NCBI GenBank assembly: GCA_010909165.1
Contig: VJWM01000197.1
Location: forward strand, 124,001 to 188,000
DNA: 64,000 bases
Reading direction: 5' to 3'
Source: Anthoceros angustus
Lineage: Eukaryota; Plantae; Anthocerotophyta
Below the pieces are notes generated by a model that was given only the letters and a program-made list of their open reading frames with translations, did not search any database and was not told where the DNA came from. This document shows positions 34,409-50,047 of this stretch, in pieces. The translations under genes were made by a program, and so were the position numbers. The first letter of the stretch is position 1. Each line of letters opens with the position of its first letter.

Positions 34409-35574
34409 GTGGGGAGGAGGCGATCGGAAGAGGGAGGGGGAGCTTGTGCTGTGGCTGTGGCTGTGGCTATCGCTATGGCGTTGGCGCATGGGATGGGTGC
34501 AGGCGGGGAGGGGGAACTCATACCGGGCCTGCCGGAGGACATCGCGATGGAGTGCCTGCTGCGGGTTTCCTACAAGTGTCATCCGCAGCTGCTGGGGGTG
34601 TGCCGGAGGTGGGAGCGGCTGGTGAGCGGACCGGACTTCTACGAGCAGCGGAGAAGGGCGGGGACGACGAGCCAGGCCGTGTGCCTCATCCAGGCTTTGC
34701 CGGCGCCGGTGGTGGGGAAGTTTTGGCGGCTCCAGTGTACGCTGTCGCGGTGTACGATGTGAGAACCGGGAGCTGGGACAGGTTGCCGCTAATCCCCGAG
34801 TTCCCGCAGGGCATGCCGCTCTTCTGCCAGGTGGTGGCTTACGAGGGGACCTTGTTTGTGCTGGGGGGGTGGAATCCCACCACATGGGAGGCGATGAAGA
34901 CCATCTACGCTTTCAATTTCTCCACGCGCACTTGGAGGAGGTGCGCAGACATGCGCAACGTGCGCTCCTTCTTCGCGTGCGCGGCGGAGGGCGGCAAGAT
35001 TTATGTTGCGGGAGGGCACGACGACAGCAAGAATGCGCTCACTTCCGCGGAGGTGTTCTGCATCGAGAGCAACCGGTGGGAGATGCTCCCGCCCCTGAGC
35101 CAGGAGCGGGACGAGTGCTCCGGGCATTTCCTCAACTCCAGGTTCCATGTTGTGAGTGGGTATCCCACGGATTCCCAGGGCCGGTTTGTGAGGAGCGCGG
35201 ATGTGTACGATCCTGCTACCTCTTCCTGGGAGAGGTTTGAGGATTTCTGGACTATGGGAATCTGCCCTAGCGCCTCTGTTGTGGCAAACGGCTGCCTCCA
35301 CTCCTTTTACCTGCAGAACATGTTCAGATACCAGCCGGCCTCCAAGTCCTGGGCACGGATTGACGGAGTGCCCGAGGGCGGGTGGTTCAGTCCCCACGCC
35401 ACCGCCGCGCAGGGCTCCATCTTCTTGACGGGGTCTGTTAAGGGGCACGGATCCTGGCTCCTCTACAGACCTAAGGCTGGCGTTGGGGACAACGAGCCGG
35501 GCGAGTGGGTCACTTTGGACACCGAGCCGTCTCTCAATGGCCTTACCCATTCTTCGTGCAGTGTGGAAATTTGA
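34409..35574 (+). CDS. F-box/kelch-repeat protein (KFB/KMD-like), with one frameshift near 34715
   Basis: F-box ELIPGLPEDIAMECLLRV...VCRRW in ORF 34409-34762. Kelch repeats (LFVLGGW, RSFFACAAEGGKIYVAGGHDDSKNALTSAEVF, ERDEC) in ORF 34387-35574. The frames switch in a G-rich run. Confidence 0.85.
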
Positions 35575-36187
35575 TGGAACAGAGAATGCAAGGGCTGCTT
35601 CAGCTGTGCATCCCTTTTATGTGTTGCACGAAGTCTACTTGGCGGAATAGCTCTCTTGCAAGCTTGTTTGTCCAGGCGGGACTAAAGGCAGGCCTTCAGG
35701 GCTACGGACCTCTGTTGGTTTCACTCTGCCTTGTACCATGTTATTAAGAATCAGATGTTTATCCACTCTGAAGGAGCACTCAGGCTGCTCAGAGAATTAT
35801 ATAGTTGTGCTGTCTAGCAACCTATCTATTCCTCTCTTCCCAGACCTGTGCAATCTAGTAGCCTACATATGATCTAGTTCCCTCTTCTTTCCAGGCCCTT
35901 ACCAACATTAAAATATGGTGGAGGAACCATTTCTAACAATTAACACTAGTCTACTACATGGGGTCGTGCACCAGATAACCTTCTCAGCATATGACACACG
36001 AGAGTTTTGTACAGGAACAGTTTACACAATGTACTGGAAATCGAATTGCTACACTGCTGGCACCTAGAACTTTATTCGACTAACAAGGGAAACTGGTTAT
36101 GTGTAGCAGTGACCTAATCTGTACACACTTGCATAAAGAGATGTCTAGAAATTTATCTTCCAAAAAGTTGAGACCCTCGTGCGTGAG

Positions 36188-37207
36188 TCATGCTGAGCAA
36201 ATGGCTTCGCGGATCCTGGTGATGCAACCCACTGCTTGGGCCCAGTGTCGTAGCTTCCGCTTCACGTGCTGAGGATTATCACCTGCAGGCAGCATCGTGT
36301 AAAATCGTTCAAAAAAAGAGTGTAGGGCACGGATGTCAGAAGGAAGTTCAAGGCTTTGCAAGGCGCCCGTCCTTTCGATCCAAAGGTGCTTCTAGACATG
36401 GATAACAAAGGAATCCGTTCACTGACAAAATCCCTCGGAGCCGCAATGCATGGGAAAGGCACCGTGACTTTCGACGGTGGGGTGGCCCCGGGAACCTTGG
36501 GAAACTTGGTCTGACGTCAAGAAATCTGGGGAACGGAAGTTGAGTAGTCAGACCAGGAAATCTGGGGAACGGAAGTTGAGTATCAAACCTGGTTTTGGAA
36601 TGTTCCAAGTGGACTGTGTAACTCCGAAAAGAGGGACCGATGAGCATGCGCAGCTCTCCCCCGACTCGCCACCCGCTGCATGATGCTCGCTTTCGCAGTT
36701 GTCTGGATCAGAAGTCGAGAAAGATCTGGACAGGGGAGGAGAGAGCGTAGTTTGCGTAATGTGTTCGATGGCGCTGCAAAATTCCAGAGCAGGGAGAGTC
36801 TTCTGCAGAGCGGGATTGCGGATGGCCTCCTCACTGAAACTAAACCCCAGGTCTATTGTCCCTCTCAGCTCATCAAGATCTTCATCCGTGATACTCACTG
36901 ACCGCATCCTCCTTTCACTCCGAGCCGAAGCCGTGCAATCCGACACACTCCTTTGCAACCGGTTCTTTCTGGACCTTTCCGCACGCAGATTCCAAGACCG
37001 CGAGGTCTGCAGGCAGCGGCTCTCAAATATCGGTGATCTAGGATCGGCAGGCGACAGACAATCCGCCACAAGCGCCGAACGGCGCAAACTCCGGTGCTCC
37101 TCCCCCCGGCATGCACTCCTCTCCGCAGCGTCGGCGGACAACTTCTCCAGCTCGTCCCATCTCGAAGCATGGAACACCGGCACGCCGTGATCTCCCTCCA
37201 AAGCCAT
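36188..37207 (-). CDS. DUF1685-family protein, 2 exons
   Basis: Exon 1 37207-36589 contains SITDEDLDELRGTIDLGFSF...TLPALEFC. GT-AG intron 36588-36283. Exon 2 36282-36188 encodes GDNPQHVKRKLRHWAQAVGCITR. Confidence 0.85.
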
Positions 37208-37549
37208 CTCAAATTCAGCTACAAACCAATTCAATCCTCCACACTTGCAATCAACGTAACTCTCCAAAACCGCAGATACGCAATTTCCCTTCACAAAACC
37301 TCCTCTTGCACCGGAATCGTGCCAGCAGTTCACACTCACACAAATTGCAAGAACCGCAGGGCCAGAGTCTCTAACGCACATCCGATCTTGGATTCTTGGA
37401 TCTCGCCTTGCGAGTTGCGAGCCGGTGAGCTCCTTTAGCAGCAGTGCGCAGTGCAAGAAGACTGAAATGTAGCCGGCCACGAGGGGGAGAAGAAGGAGGT
37501 CGGGAAAGTGAGTTTGTCACGGGCGGGAGCAGCAGCGCACAGGAGCATT

Positions 37550-40500
37550 GTTCCACCACCACAAGGAGGTGGAGCTGGGACGTGGACGCACCGGGCGCTC
37601 GAGAGGCCTGTCAAGGGAGTTGCAGCCAGCGTCTGTCCGCTGCTCCGAGCTCCAATTTCCCTTCCCAGTGACAACGACACGGACGGAGCTTCCGTGCCAC
37701 GGTCCACACCTTTCGTCCACAGCTCCCAGAATTGCAATAAGAGGACGTTATTGTGAGCGGACGCAAGCTTACAAGCGGTCCTTCTCGGCGCACGGGTGTG
37801 TCAGCGACTGCTCGCTCATCAGCCACGCACTTGGCGCTAATCGCAGATACTTCAAAACAAACAGCGCCGACTCCGGCCACCTGAAACCCACCAGCCGCGG
37901 CGCTAACTCGCGCGGCGCACCGCAGTTTGCAGCGGCGCGACCTTCCCGCGCCACCATTTTCCGTCAGCGATAATCTCTCTTACCATTCTGCACTTAGTCC
38001 GGATGCGTTCGATTTTAAAACATCGCGGGCGGACTGAAATAGAATCCACTACCAATCGCCCGATCGATCGGGCCATTTTCATATCAACCACGAATATCCT
38101 CATTGCGTGTTTACAAAACCGCTCTAACCTCAGACCTCTATGCAACTGCCCGATCGATCGGGCCATTTTCATATCAACCACGAATATCCTCATTGCAAGC
38201 GTGGCGTGTTTACAAACTGCTCTAACATGGGGCTATGCATGAGAGTTTATTTTACCTTTATAAAAGGGGATCTCGATCGTAGGCTACACGAAGCCCGCAC
38301 AGGTAGACGGGATGATTTACACACACACAGCAAGTCTATCTCGGACCTTTGATTGAGCATTCAATTAATTTGAGGTATATTCTTATTTGTATATTAACGT
38401 TAGCTATAGTTTTGGTTGAGGTGTGAATATCTCTTAGTAATAGTCACTTGGGAGTGAGATATAGTTTTGGTTGAGGTGAATATCTCTTAGTAATAGTCAC
38501 AGAAGATGAGATTGCCTCCAATCACAAAGGGTTCCACTATGAAAGAGTCCCACCATGAAACATCTCCATTATCTTGGGGTTTCGATGAAAAGTTGAATTC
38601 CACCTTGTACACTTGTTATTCCCCAATTGAAGTTGATTCTCCAATCAATGAGTCCCCATGTCTGAATGATTCATTGAGATGGAAAATGAATGAACCGGTG
38701 GTTCTACTTACATAAGAAAAGGTGCCCATGGTGTCGGGGTAGATTGTGTGGTGTAGAATGTCTTACCCATAGTGGTTCTACTTACATAAGACCGGTGTCT
38801 GGGTAGATTGTGTGGTGTAGAATGTTCCCATATATTTGTTGCCGCAACGAAATCATCGAGGATGGTCAATCGTGGTTAGTGCAAATATACCATGCAAAAG
38901 AGCCCCACTATGAAAACTATGATGAAAGCTAGTAGTGGTCTTTGGATGAATTCGTGATTCCGTAACTAAGGCCGATTCCCCAACCAAGCCTTGTCCACTA
39001 GCTCGGCAAGACAACACTTGCACAAGCTTGCAAAGGAGACTGAGAAAGGAGGCAGTCCCGGAGCCACCACAAGGGCACGTGCCAGCCCACGTCCTCCGAG
39101 AGGCCTGTCAAGGAGTTGCAGCCAGCGTCTGTCCGCTGCCCGAGCTCCAATTTCCTTCCCAGTGACAACGACACGGACGGAGCTTCCGTGCCACGGTCCA
39201 CACCTTCGTCCACAGCTCCCAGAATTGCAATAAGAGGACGTTATTGTGAGCGGACGCAAGCTTACAAGCGGTCCTTCTCGGCGCACGGGTGTGTCAGCGA
39301 CTGCTCGCTCATCAGCCACGCACTTGGCGCTAATCGCAGATACTTCAAAACAAACAGCGCCGACTCCGGCCACCTGAAACCCACCAGCCCGCGGCGCTAA
39401 CTCGCGCGGCGCACCGCAGTTTGCAGCGGCGCGACCTTCCCCGCGCCACCATTTTCCGTCAGCGATAATCTCTCTTACCATTCTGCACTTAGTCCGGATG
39501 CGTTCGATTTTTAAAACATCGCGGGCGGACTGAAATAGAATCCACTACCAATCGCCCGATCGATCGGGCCATTTCATATCAACCACGAATATCCTCATTG
39601 CGTGTTTACAAAACCGCTCTAACCTCAGACCTCTATGCAACTGCCCGATCGATCGGGCCATTTTCATATCAACCACGAATATCCTCATTGCAAGCGTGGC
39701 GTGTTTACAAACTGCTCTAACATGGGGCTATGCATGAGAGTTTATTTTTACCTTTATAAAAGGGGATCTCGCATCGTAGGCTACACACGAAGCCCGCGCA
39801 CACAGGTAGACTGGGATGATTTACACACACACACAGCAAGTCTATCTCGGACCTTTGATTGAGCATTCAATTAATTTGAGGTATATTCTTATTTGTATAT
39901 TAACGTTAGCTATAGTTTTGGTTGAGGTGTGAATATCTCTTAGTAATAGTCACTTGGGAGTGAGATATAGTTTTGGTTGAGGTGTGAATATCTCTTAGTA
40001 ATAGTCACTTGGGAGTGAGATGAGATTGCCTCCAATCACAAAGGGTTCCACTATGAAAGAGTCCCACCATGAAACATCTCCATTATCTTGGGGTTTCGCA
40101 TGAAAAGTTGAATTCCACCTTCGGTACACTTGTTATTCCCCAATTGAAGTTGATTCTCCAACTGGGGCTGAGTCCCCATGTCGGGCTGAATGATTCATTG
40201 AGATGGAAAATGAATGAACTGGTGGTTCTACTTACATAAGAAAAGGTGCCCATGGTGTCGTGGGGTAGATTGTGTGGTGTAGAATGTTCCCATATAGTGG
40301 TTCTACTTACATAAGAAAAGGTGCCCATGGTGTCGTGGGGTAGATTGTGTGGTGTAGAATGTTCCCATATATTTGTTGCTGCAACGAAATCATCGAGGAT
40401 GGTCAACTGTGGTTAGTGCAAATATACCATGCAAAAGAGCCCCACTATGAAAACTATGATGAAAGCTAGTAGTGGTCTTTGGATGAATTCGTGATTCCGT

Positions 40501-40590
40501 AACTAAGGCTGATTCCCCAACCAAGCCTTGTCCACTAGCTCAGTGCAGTACAACACTTGCACAAGCTTGCAAAGGAGACTGGAGAAAGGA
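37550..40590. repeat. ~1.5-kb near-tandem duplication of a non-coding, internally repetitive element
   Basis: GAGAGGCCTGTCAAGG at 37601 and 39098; both copies end ...CACAAGCTTGCAAAGGAGACT. Internal sub-repeats such as CGCCCGATCGATCGGGCCATTTTCATATCAACC. Confidence 0.9.
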
Positions 40591-40659
40591 GTACAAAACC
40601 TGAGCACCTCAAGATCGCGTGGCCGAGCGATCCTCCGAGGCTGCACAACTCAACTCGTC

Positions 40660-43745
<3,086 letters not shown>

Positions 43746-46331
43746 CAATATTCTATGGTAGATGAGTGCATGCCATTTTCATGTATGAAATTGAGCTTTC
43801 TTTATTCTTGTTAGAATCAGTATGACGTTAGATTGATCTTTGGGATTCTATGATAATAATTTGTTTGTACATAATTTTTCTTGTCTCTAGATTCCACATG
43901 TAGGTACATAAATTGGTTTCTAGAATGTTGACTCATAGTTGACCATTGTTCTCCAAAGAGCTATAGTAGAGAAACGATAAGAATTGGAAAGATTGGTCTT
44001 TGCGATTCTATGTTTATAGATAATTTTCTTGTCTCTAGATTGTACATGTAGATGCATAGTTGACAATGAGTCAACATAGTAGAAACCAATTCATGTGTAC
44101 ATGGTTTTAGTGTCTAGAAGGTTAATCAAGATAGGTCATGGGAGCTCAAATGACCTAGTTGCAAATAGACTGCATTCTTTAAGTTGTTTGTCCTAGATTA
44201 TGACGGACCTAGTTGCAAAGTCAGACTGCATTTTTGTTGAGCTCTTCTCCTCTCCGGAAGGAAACACTTCCATGAGGGCCTTTAGTTTTTCAAGCCCAAT
44301 GTCGTAGATGAACTTTGAACACAATCTTTGTCCTACATATTAAGCATCTCTCTACTTTGTCTATTCAATTTCATTAACCATGTAATGTAATTTAAATTAT
44401 TTAGATAATGTAATCCATATTACAAGTTAACGTTGTCATGTGGTCTTCGACATGACTACATGTATCTACATGTACTCATAGTCAATATGTATCTACATGT
44501 ACAATGAGTCAACATAGTAGAAATCATGGTTCTACTATGTTGACTCATAGTTTTCCATTGCTCTACAAAGAGCTATGGTAGGGACAATACTAATTGGAAA
44601 GAATGGAATAGAGCCAAATGAAGATAATCATCATCGATGTTATGTAGAGACATGAATTAAGTGGACAAAATATTTTCTTTATGTGATTTTTGAATCATTG
44701 TAAAAATCATTATTTTGTATGTGTAGATGGATAGATAATAAAGACTTGTTAACCATAGTGAGTACTTAGGCACATAAGGACCACTATATATATAAGTACA
44801 AACTATAGAGATAAAAGGTATTTCCATAGTTTCGCTTTTGCATATGGGGGGCTAACATAAGACTTTGAAATTTTATCAAAGCATGTACATGTGTGAAAGT
44901 ACATCACTCACTCAAATAGGAGCAAATTTTTGTTCTTTCTACTTAGTTACCTTCTTCAAACAACAAGGTCCACTACTCTCCAAAGAGATATAGCAATGAT
45001 TCACTCTAATAGGAGAAAATTATGTCTTTTACGCCATTACCTTCATCAAACAACCATTGTCCATTACTTCCAAAGAGCTATGAGTTGAGATCCATGCTAT
45101 TCTATTGTTTCTTTTGGGCTAAGGTATACAATATTCTATGGTAGATGAGTGCATGCCATTTTCATGTATGAAATTGAGCTTTCTTTATTCTTGTTAGAAT
45201 CTGATGACGTTAGATTGATCTTTGGGATTCTATGATAATAATTTGTTTGTACATAATTTTTCTTGTCTCTAGATTCCACATGTAGGTACATAAATTGGTT
45301 TCTAGAATGTTGACTCATAGTTGACCATTGTTCTCCAAAGAGCTATAGTAGAGAAACGATAAGAATTGGAAAGATTGGTCTTTGCGATTCTATGTTTATA
45401 GATAATTTTCTTGTCTCTAGATTGTACATGTAGATGCATAGTTGACAATGAGTCAACATAGTAGAAACCAATTCATGTGTACATGGTTTTAGTGTCTAGA
45501 AGGTTAATCAAGATAGGTCATGGGAGCTCAAACAGACCTAGTTGCAAAGCTGTACCTGCATTCTTTAAGTTGTTTGTCCTAGATTATGACGGACCTAGTT
45601 GCAAAGCTGTACCTGCAGCTTTTGTTGAGCTCTTCTCCTCTCCAGTGGAAGGAAACACTTCCATGACGGGGGCCTTTAGTTTTTCAAGCCCAATGTCGTA
45701 GATGAACTTTGAACACAATCTTTGTCCTACATATTAAGCATCTCTCTACTTTGTCTATTCAATTTCATTAACCATGTAATGTAATTTAAATTATTTAGAT
45801 AATGTAATCCATATTACAAGTTAACGTTGTCATGTGGCCTTCGACATGACTACATGTATCTACATGTACTCATAGTCAATATGTATCTACATGTACAATG
45901 AGTCAACATAGTAGAAATCATGGTTTCTACTATGTTGACTCATAGTTTTCCATTGCTCTACAAAGAGCTATGGTAGGGACAATACTAATTGGAAAGAATG
46001 GAATAGAGCCAAATGAAGATAATCATCATCGTATGTTATGTAGAGACATGAATTAAGTGGACAAAATATTTTCTTTATGTGATTTTTTGAATCATTGTAA
46101 AAAATCATTATTTTGTATGTGTAGATGGATAGATAATAAAGACTTGTTACACCTGTAGGTCTCGCACATGGGAAACGAGCATGCCCTATGCATCATAGAG
46201 AGATGCTCATAGAGGAAAGCAACAAGTATGACATATAAATGTGATCAGGAAATTATTTCAATAGATATAAATAGGATATAACTTAATTAGTTTAGAGGAA
46301 TGCAAAAGCTTATATACATAAGTTTTTAATT

Positions 46332-46787
46332 CTATAACATGTAAAACTTGTAAAATTCAAACCGAACAATACAACCGTCATTTTCAACAGTAGCTCCTTT
46401 TGAATTCGAACAAGATTGAAATAATTTGTTATTTAATATATCCTTTAAGGAACTCTTACATACTTTAGGAAAGTTTGTTGAACAAGAAACCTCAATAAAT
46501 ATTGTTTCACTTAAGTTTACAGGAAATGATGTTCGCCAATATTTTGCCCGTAGTGCAAAAAACCAATCGTCCACCTGAATTGATTCTTCAATTAAATCAT
46601 CAATTTTAGTCAATATTTCATTTTCATAGTCCTCCAGCATTCTTTGCTCATTACATCTACTTTTCACAAGCAAATCTGAAGCTGAAGAAAAGCTAAAATT
46701 TTCACCTAAAATCTCAACATTAATCATCATAAACATAATCAAAATTAATAATTGCATTCTTGGAGAAAACTTCAATAGTGATCCCAT
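46332..46787 (-). CDS. Single-domain Gnk2/DUF26 cysteine-rich secreted protein
   Basis: Hydrophobic signal peptide (MQLLILIMFMMINVEILG), SRCN, VSCSTNFPKVCKSS (third Cys lost), and QSCSNSKGATVENDGCIVRFEFYKF, which matches the DUF26 C-terminus. Confidence 0.75.
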   Translation of the reverse strand: MGSLLKFSPRMQLLILIMFMMINVEILGENFSFSSASDLLVKSRCNEQRMLEDYENEILTKIDDLIEESIQVDDWFFALRAKYWRTSFPVNLSETIFIEVSCSTNFPKVCKSSLKDILNNKLFQSCSNSKGATVENDGCIVRFEFYKFYML

Positions 46788-47917
46788 GCTTAGTAAGCAT
46801 GAAAAACATAGAATGTTGTTTGGGAAACTATGAGTCAACATAATAGAAACCTATTCATATACTTATGTGTGGAATCTTATTAAAATATGATGTAAGTAAA
46901 ATTAAATTAAATTAAATTATTGAGAAAAACATTGTAATACTTTAAGTTAAAAATGAAAGAATATAATATTTTTTGAAAATGTTGCTACATAAAAACAAGA
47001 AACCTTTCACCTAAGTAACTTCCTTGCCTTTCAACTTATCAATAATTGTTATTACTTCTCTCCAAGAGAATTATATCAAATTGAGATGAAAACAGATTCT
47101 ATTTATGACACGTTAAGCAACAATTCTATTATGAAATTATACGGCTAGAGTAGAGTAATGGTACAAACAATGATGAAGTTTTGCGAGTAAGTCTTATGCT
47201 TTGTGCCTTGACATCAATTCCTTTGGTGTTCGTTGATCAAGTATAGAGTATTACACGGGACGGTTACAGTTTCCATAAAAATGGTGGTCTTGCACAGTGA
47301 ACTCACACGAAAAAGCTCAAGGACTATGCATCTTGATATTAATCCTTCCATTATAGTTCATAAGTATAGAAGTTGCAAATGACCAAAGTGGACTAACGTA
47401 GTGACATCAGTTCCTCTTCGATTCTAGTAAACTTCATTGGACTAGGAGTCTTTATGTCAAACTCATATAAGATGAGGGAGAGATAGGTAGTATGTTCCCC
47501 TGATATGGACCATTGTTATTACTATGTAAGTTTATAATTGATAGTTAAATCATATATCTCCAAGGACATTAGACTAGTATTTTAAAAACATAAAATTATT
47601 AAGTTATATTTATGAAAATTTATCTCTATATACATATATTTAGAAAGATTATATATTTTTTCAGTCTAGTATTTACGAAGCATAACTCTCCACATCATGC
47701 ACGTGGTCATTGACATCTTCCTCTGGAGTGTTATGCACGTGATCATCAACTTGTTCCTTTATTTAAGGCCATGTCACACGAGGTAAGAACTTGCATTCAC
47801 ATGAGCACCTAATATATCATTAAACCCAAACGCTTCGATTAGTGTCTCAGGGCATGACAGCCATCATATCTCTCTACATTAGATGAAACAACACTATATA
47901 TTCTTACTTTTACATAT

Positions 47918-48355
47918 TTAAGTGACATCTGTAAAAAAGTTGTAGTATTCAAATTTCAAAATACATCCGTTTAACTCTATAAGACCTCCTTTTGAATTAC
48001 CACAAGTTTGAAACAATTGATGATATAAGATATTCTCTATGCATCCCCTACATACTGCGGCAAAGTTTGTAGTACAAGAAAGTTGAACATATATTTTTTC
48101 TTTCTTGTCTGAGGTTGTGAATTGTAGTCTCCAAATCTTTTCCTTAGATCCAAACAAAAAATCATCAACAATTTTGGTGTTAACATAATCATCAACTTGC
48201 GTTCTCACATCGTTTTCATAATCATATAGTGTTCTTTCGACATTACATTTGGATCTCATTGGATTTTCAGTTACCAAAAAATTAATATTGATGAGTATGA
48301 TTGTTATTACTATGAGGAATCGTATATGTACATAGAACTTGCAAAGGGATTTCAT
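47918..48355 (-). CDS. Single-domain Gnk2/DUF26 cysteine-rich secreted protein (paralog)
   Basis: Signal peptide, LSCTTNFAAVCRGC (C-x7-C-x2-C), QTCGNSKGGLIELNGCILKFEYYNFF. Confidence 0.8.
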   Translation of the reverse strand: MKSLCKFYVHIRFLIVITIILININFLVTENPMRSKCNVERTLYDYENDVRTQVDDYVNTKIVDDFLFGSKEKIWRLQFTTSDKKEKIYVQLSCTTNFAAVCRGCIENILYHQLFQTCGNSKGGLIELNGCILKFEYYNFFTDVT

Positions 48356-50047
48356 TCGAAAGATTATTATTAAATAAAAATCTAAAAATTTAATGAACTT
48401 CCAAATTAATTATAATAGAAACTTTCACAATACAGGTTGCCTTTAGATCAAGTTGAGTGATCATTTATTCATTTATTTCACGTATTTTATAACACATAGA
48501 ACAACGAGAATATTAGGGTGCTTTCTAAAATATAAAAATATCCCTGTCGTTAACCAACACGAAAGTGAATCTAATAGGATACCCACGTCCGAGCAAGTTC
48601 TCGCTCTGCGTCGGAAATCCAAGTGACTGCGCCTCCCTGAGTTGCAAATCTCCGACCCACGAATTTAGTGAAGATGAGTCGAAGAAGACGAAGGCCCTCC
48701 CGCGGCAACCCGGCGGGATTTCGCCCCAGTCTGCAGCACGCGTTGCTAGGTAGAGATAGCTGTTGCTATGCTACTACCTCTGCCCTGGCTTGTGGGATTT
48801 CTGGCAGCAACTTGCCGTTCCGGCATTGATCCACTGCCAGTCATTGGATTGGCTCCTCTCCAATTCGCTACCTCGTACACATGAGGTGAAGCATTCGTGG
48901 ATGCTTTCAAGCTGGATGGATGAGGAGCAGCACGTCCTGAACAGGATGTGCTGCTCCGTATCCATCATCCATCCAGCGTCAGGCCGTGATAACGATCTGC
49001 TTGAAGTCGGAGATCATGATCTCAGGGCAATTCGTTTCAAAATGTCCTCTTCAGTATGTTGAAGAGCCTCTTGATGGTGTCCACGACCTGATTCCAAATT
49101 CCAATGGCGTCCACGCCTTCTTCTGTTGAAAGGAGATCACCATTGCACGGAGTTTCACTGCTACAGAATGAGTTCCTATGACCTGTAAGGTCTCCTTCAA
49201 TCCCGTCAAAGGCAAAGAGGACTGGCACAAGTCGTTGCCTGTGCTTACCCACGGTTCCTAGTTTGTGCAGAGTCTGCAGACTGCCAATCTCTTCGAAGAG
49301 ACTTTTGTGCTGGAGCGGAACCTTCACGTGGAACTGCGTATACTTGACAGCCGGGCTCCTCGGTTGGCCAAAGTCGTTGCTATATCCCTCAGGTTCTCCA
49401 AATCATCTGCAGGCTGAAGTTGCTTGAAGCTCCGCCAAACGTCGCTCCACAAGTGGAGCAATTACTCGCAGTCATCTTCCAGTCTTTGCGAGATACTTTC
49501 CTTTGTATTCCAAGATGTAGTAGATTCCGGGCTGGTGAACCGGACCTGTTTGTCTTGTTCAAAAACACTGGGCATCCTTTCTATCCTGGCCTAAGCATGC
49601 TTCATGACTCCATACGTGCGTCAGGGAGGACTTTTGTCACGTTGCTTAAGCGGAATGCTGCGGTTTGCAGAAGCCACGTGTCAATTACCTGGTGACGAGA
49701 ATTCCAGGACAGAAAAGGAACAAATGGGAGGGGATCTTCATGTGACTTGTGACGTGGGTTGCCTTTGTGCGAGTTCAGCATGACACTGGCTGTTCCGTTC
49801 CTTGCTAGCTGCTCTAATAATGGTGGTGCTGTCGCCAGTCACTGGCTATCACTGTTTTGTGCAGGCGGAGAATGATTCGTACGGACAACTCCAATACTCC
49901 TAGGAAGTGCATGTCTGTTTACTCATTTCAGCACTGAAATGTTGCATCCCAGCCAGTTGTAATTGTTTTGCTCGAGGGAAAATGTGACGCTAATGCAGAG
50001 GCTGTTTCTTGATCAGCGTGCAGCGGGTGAGCTGAAGTGACACAAAA

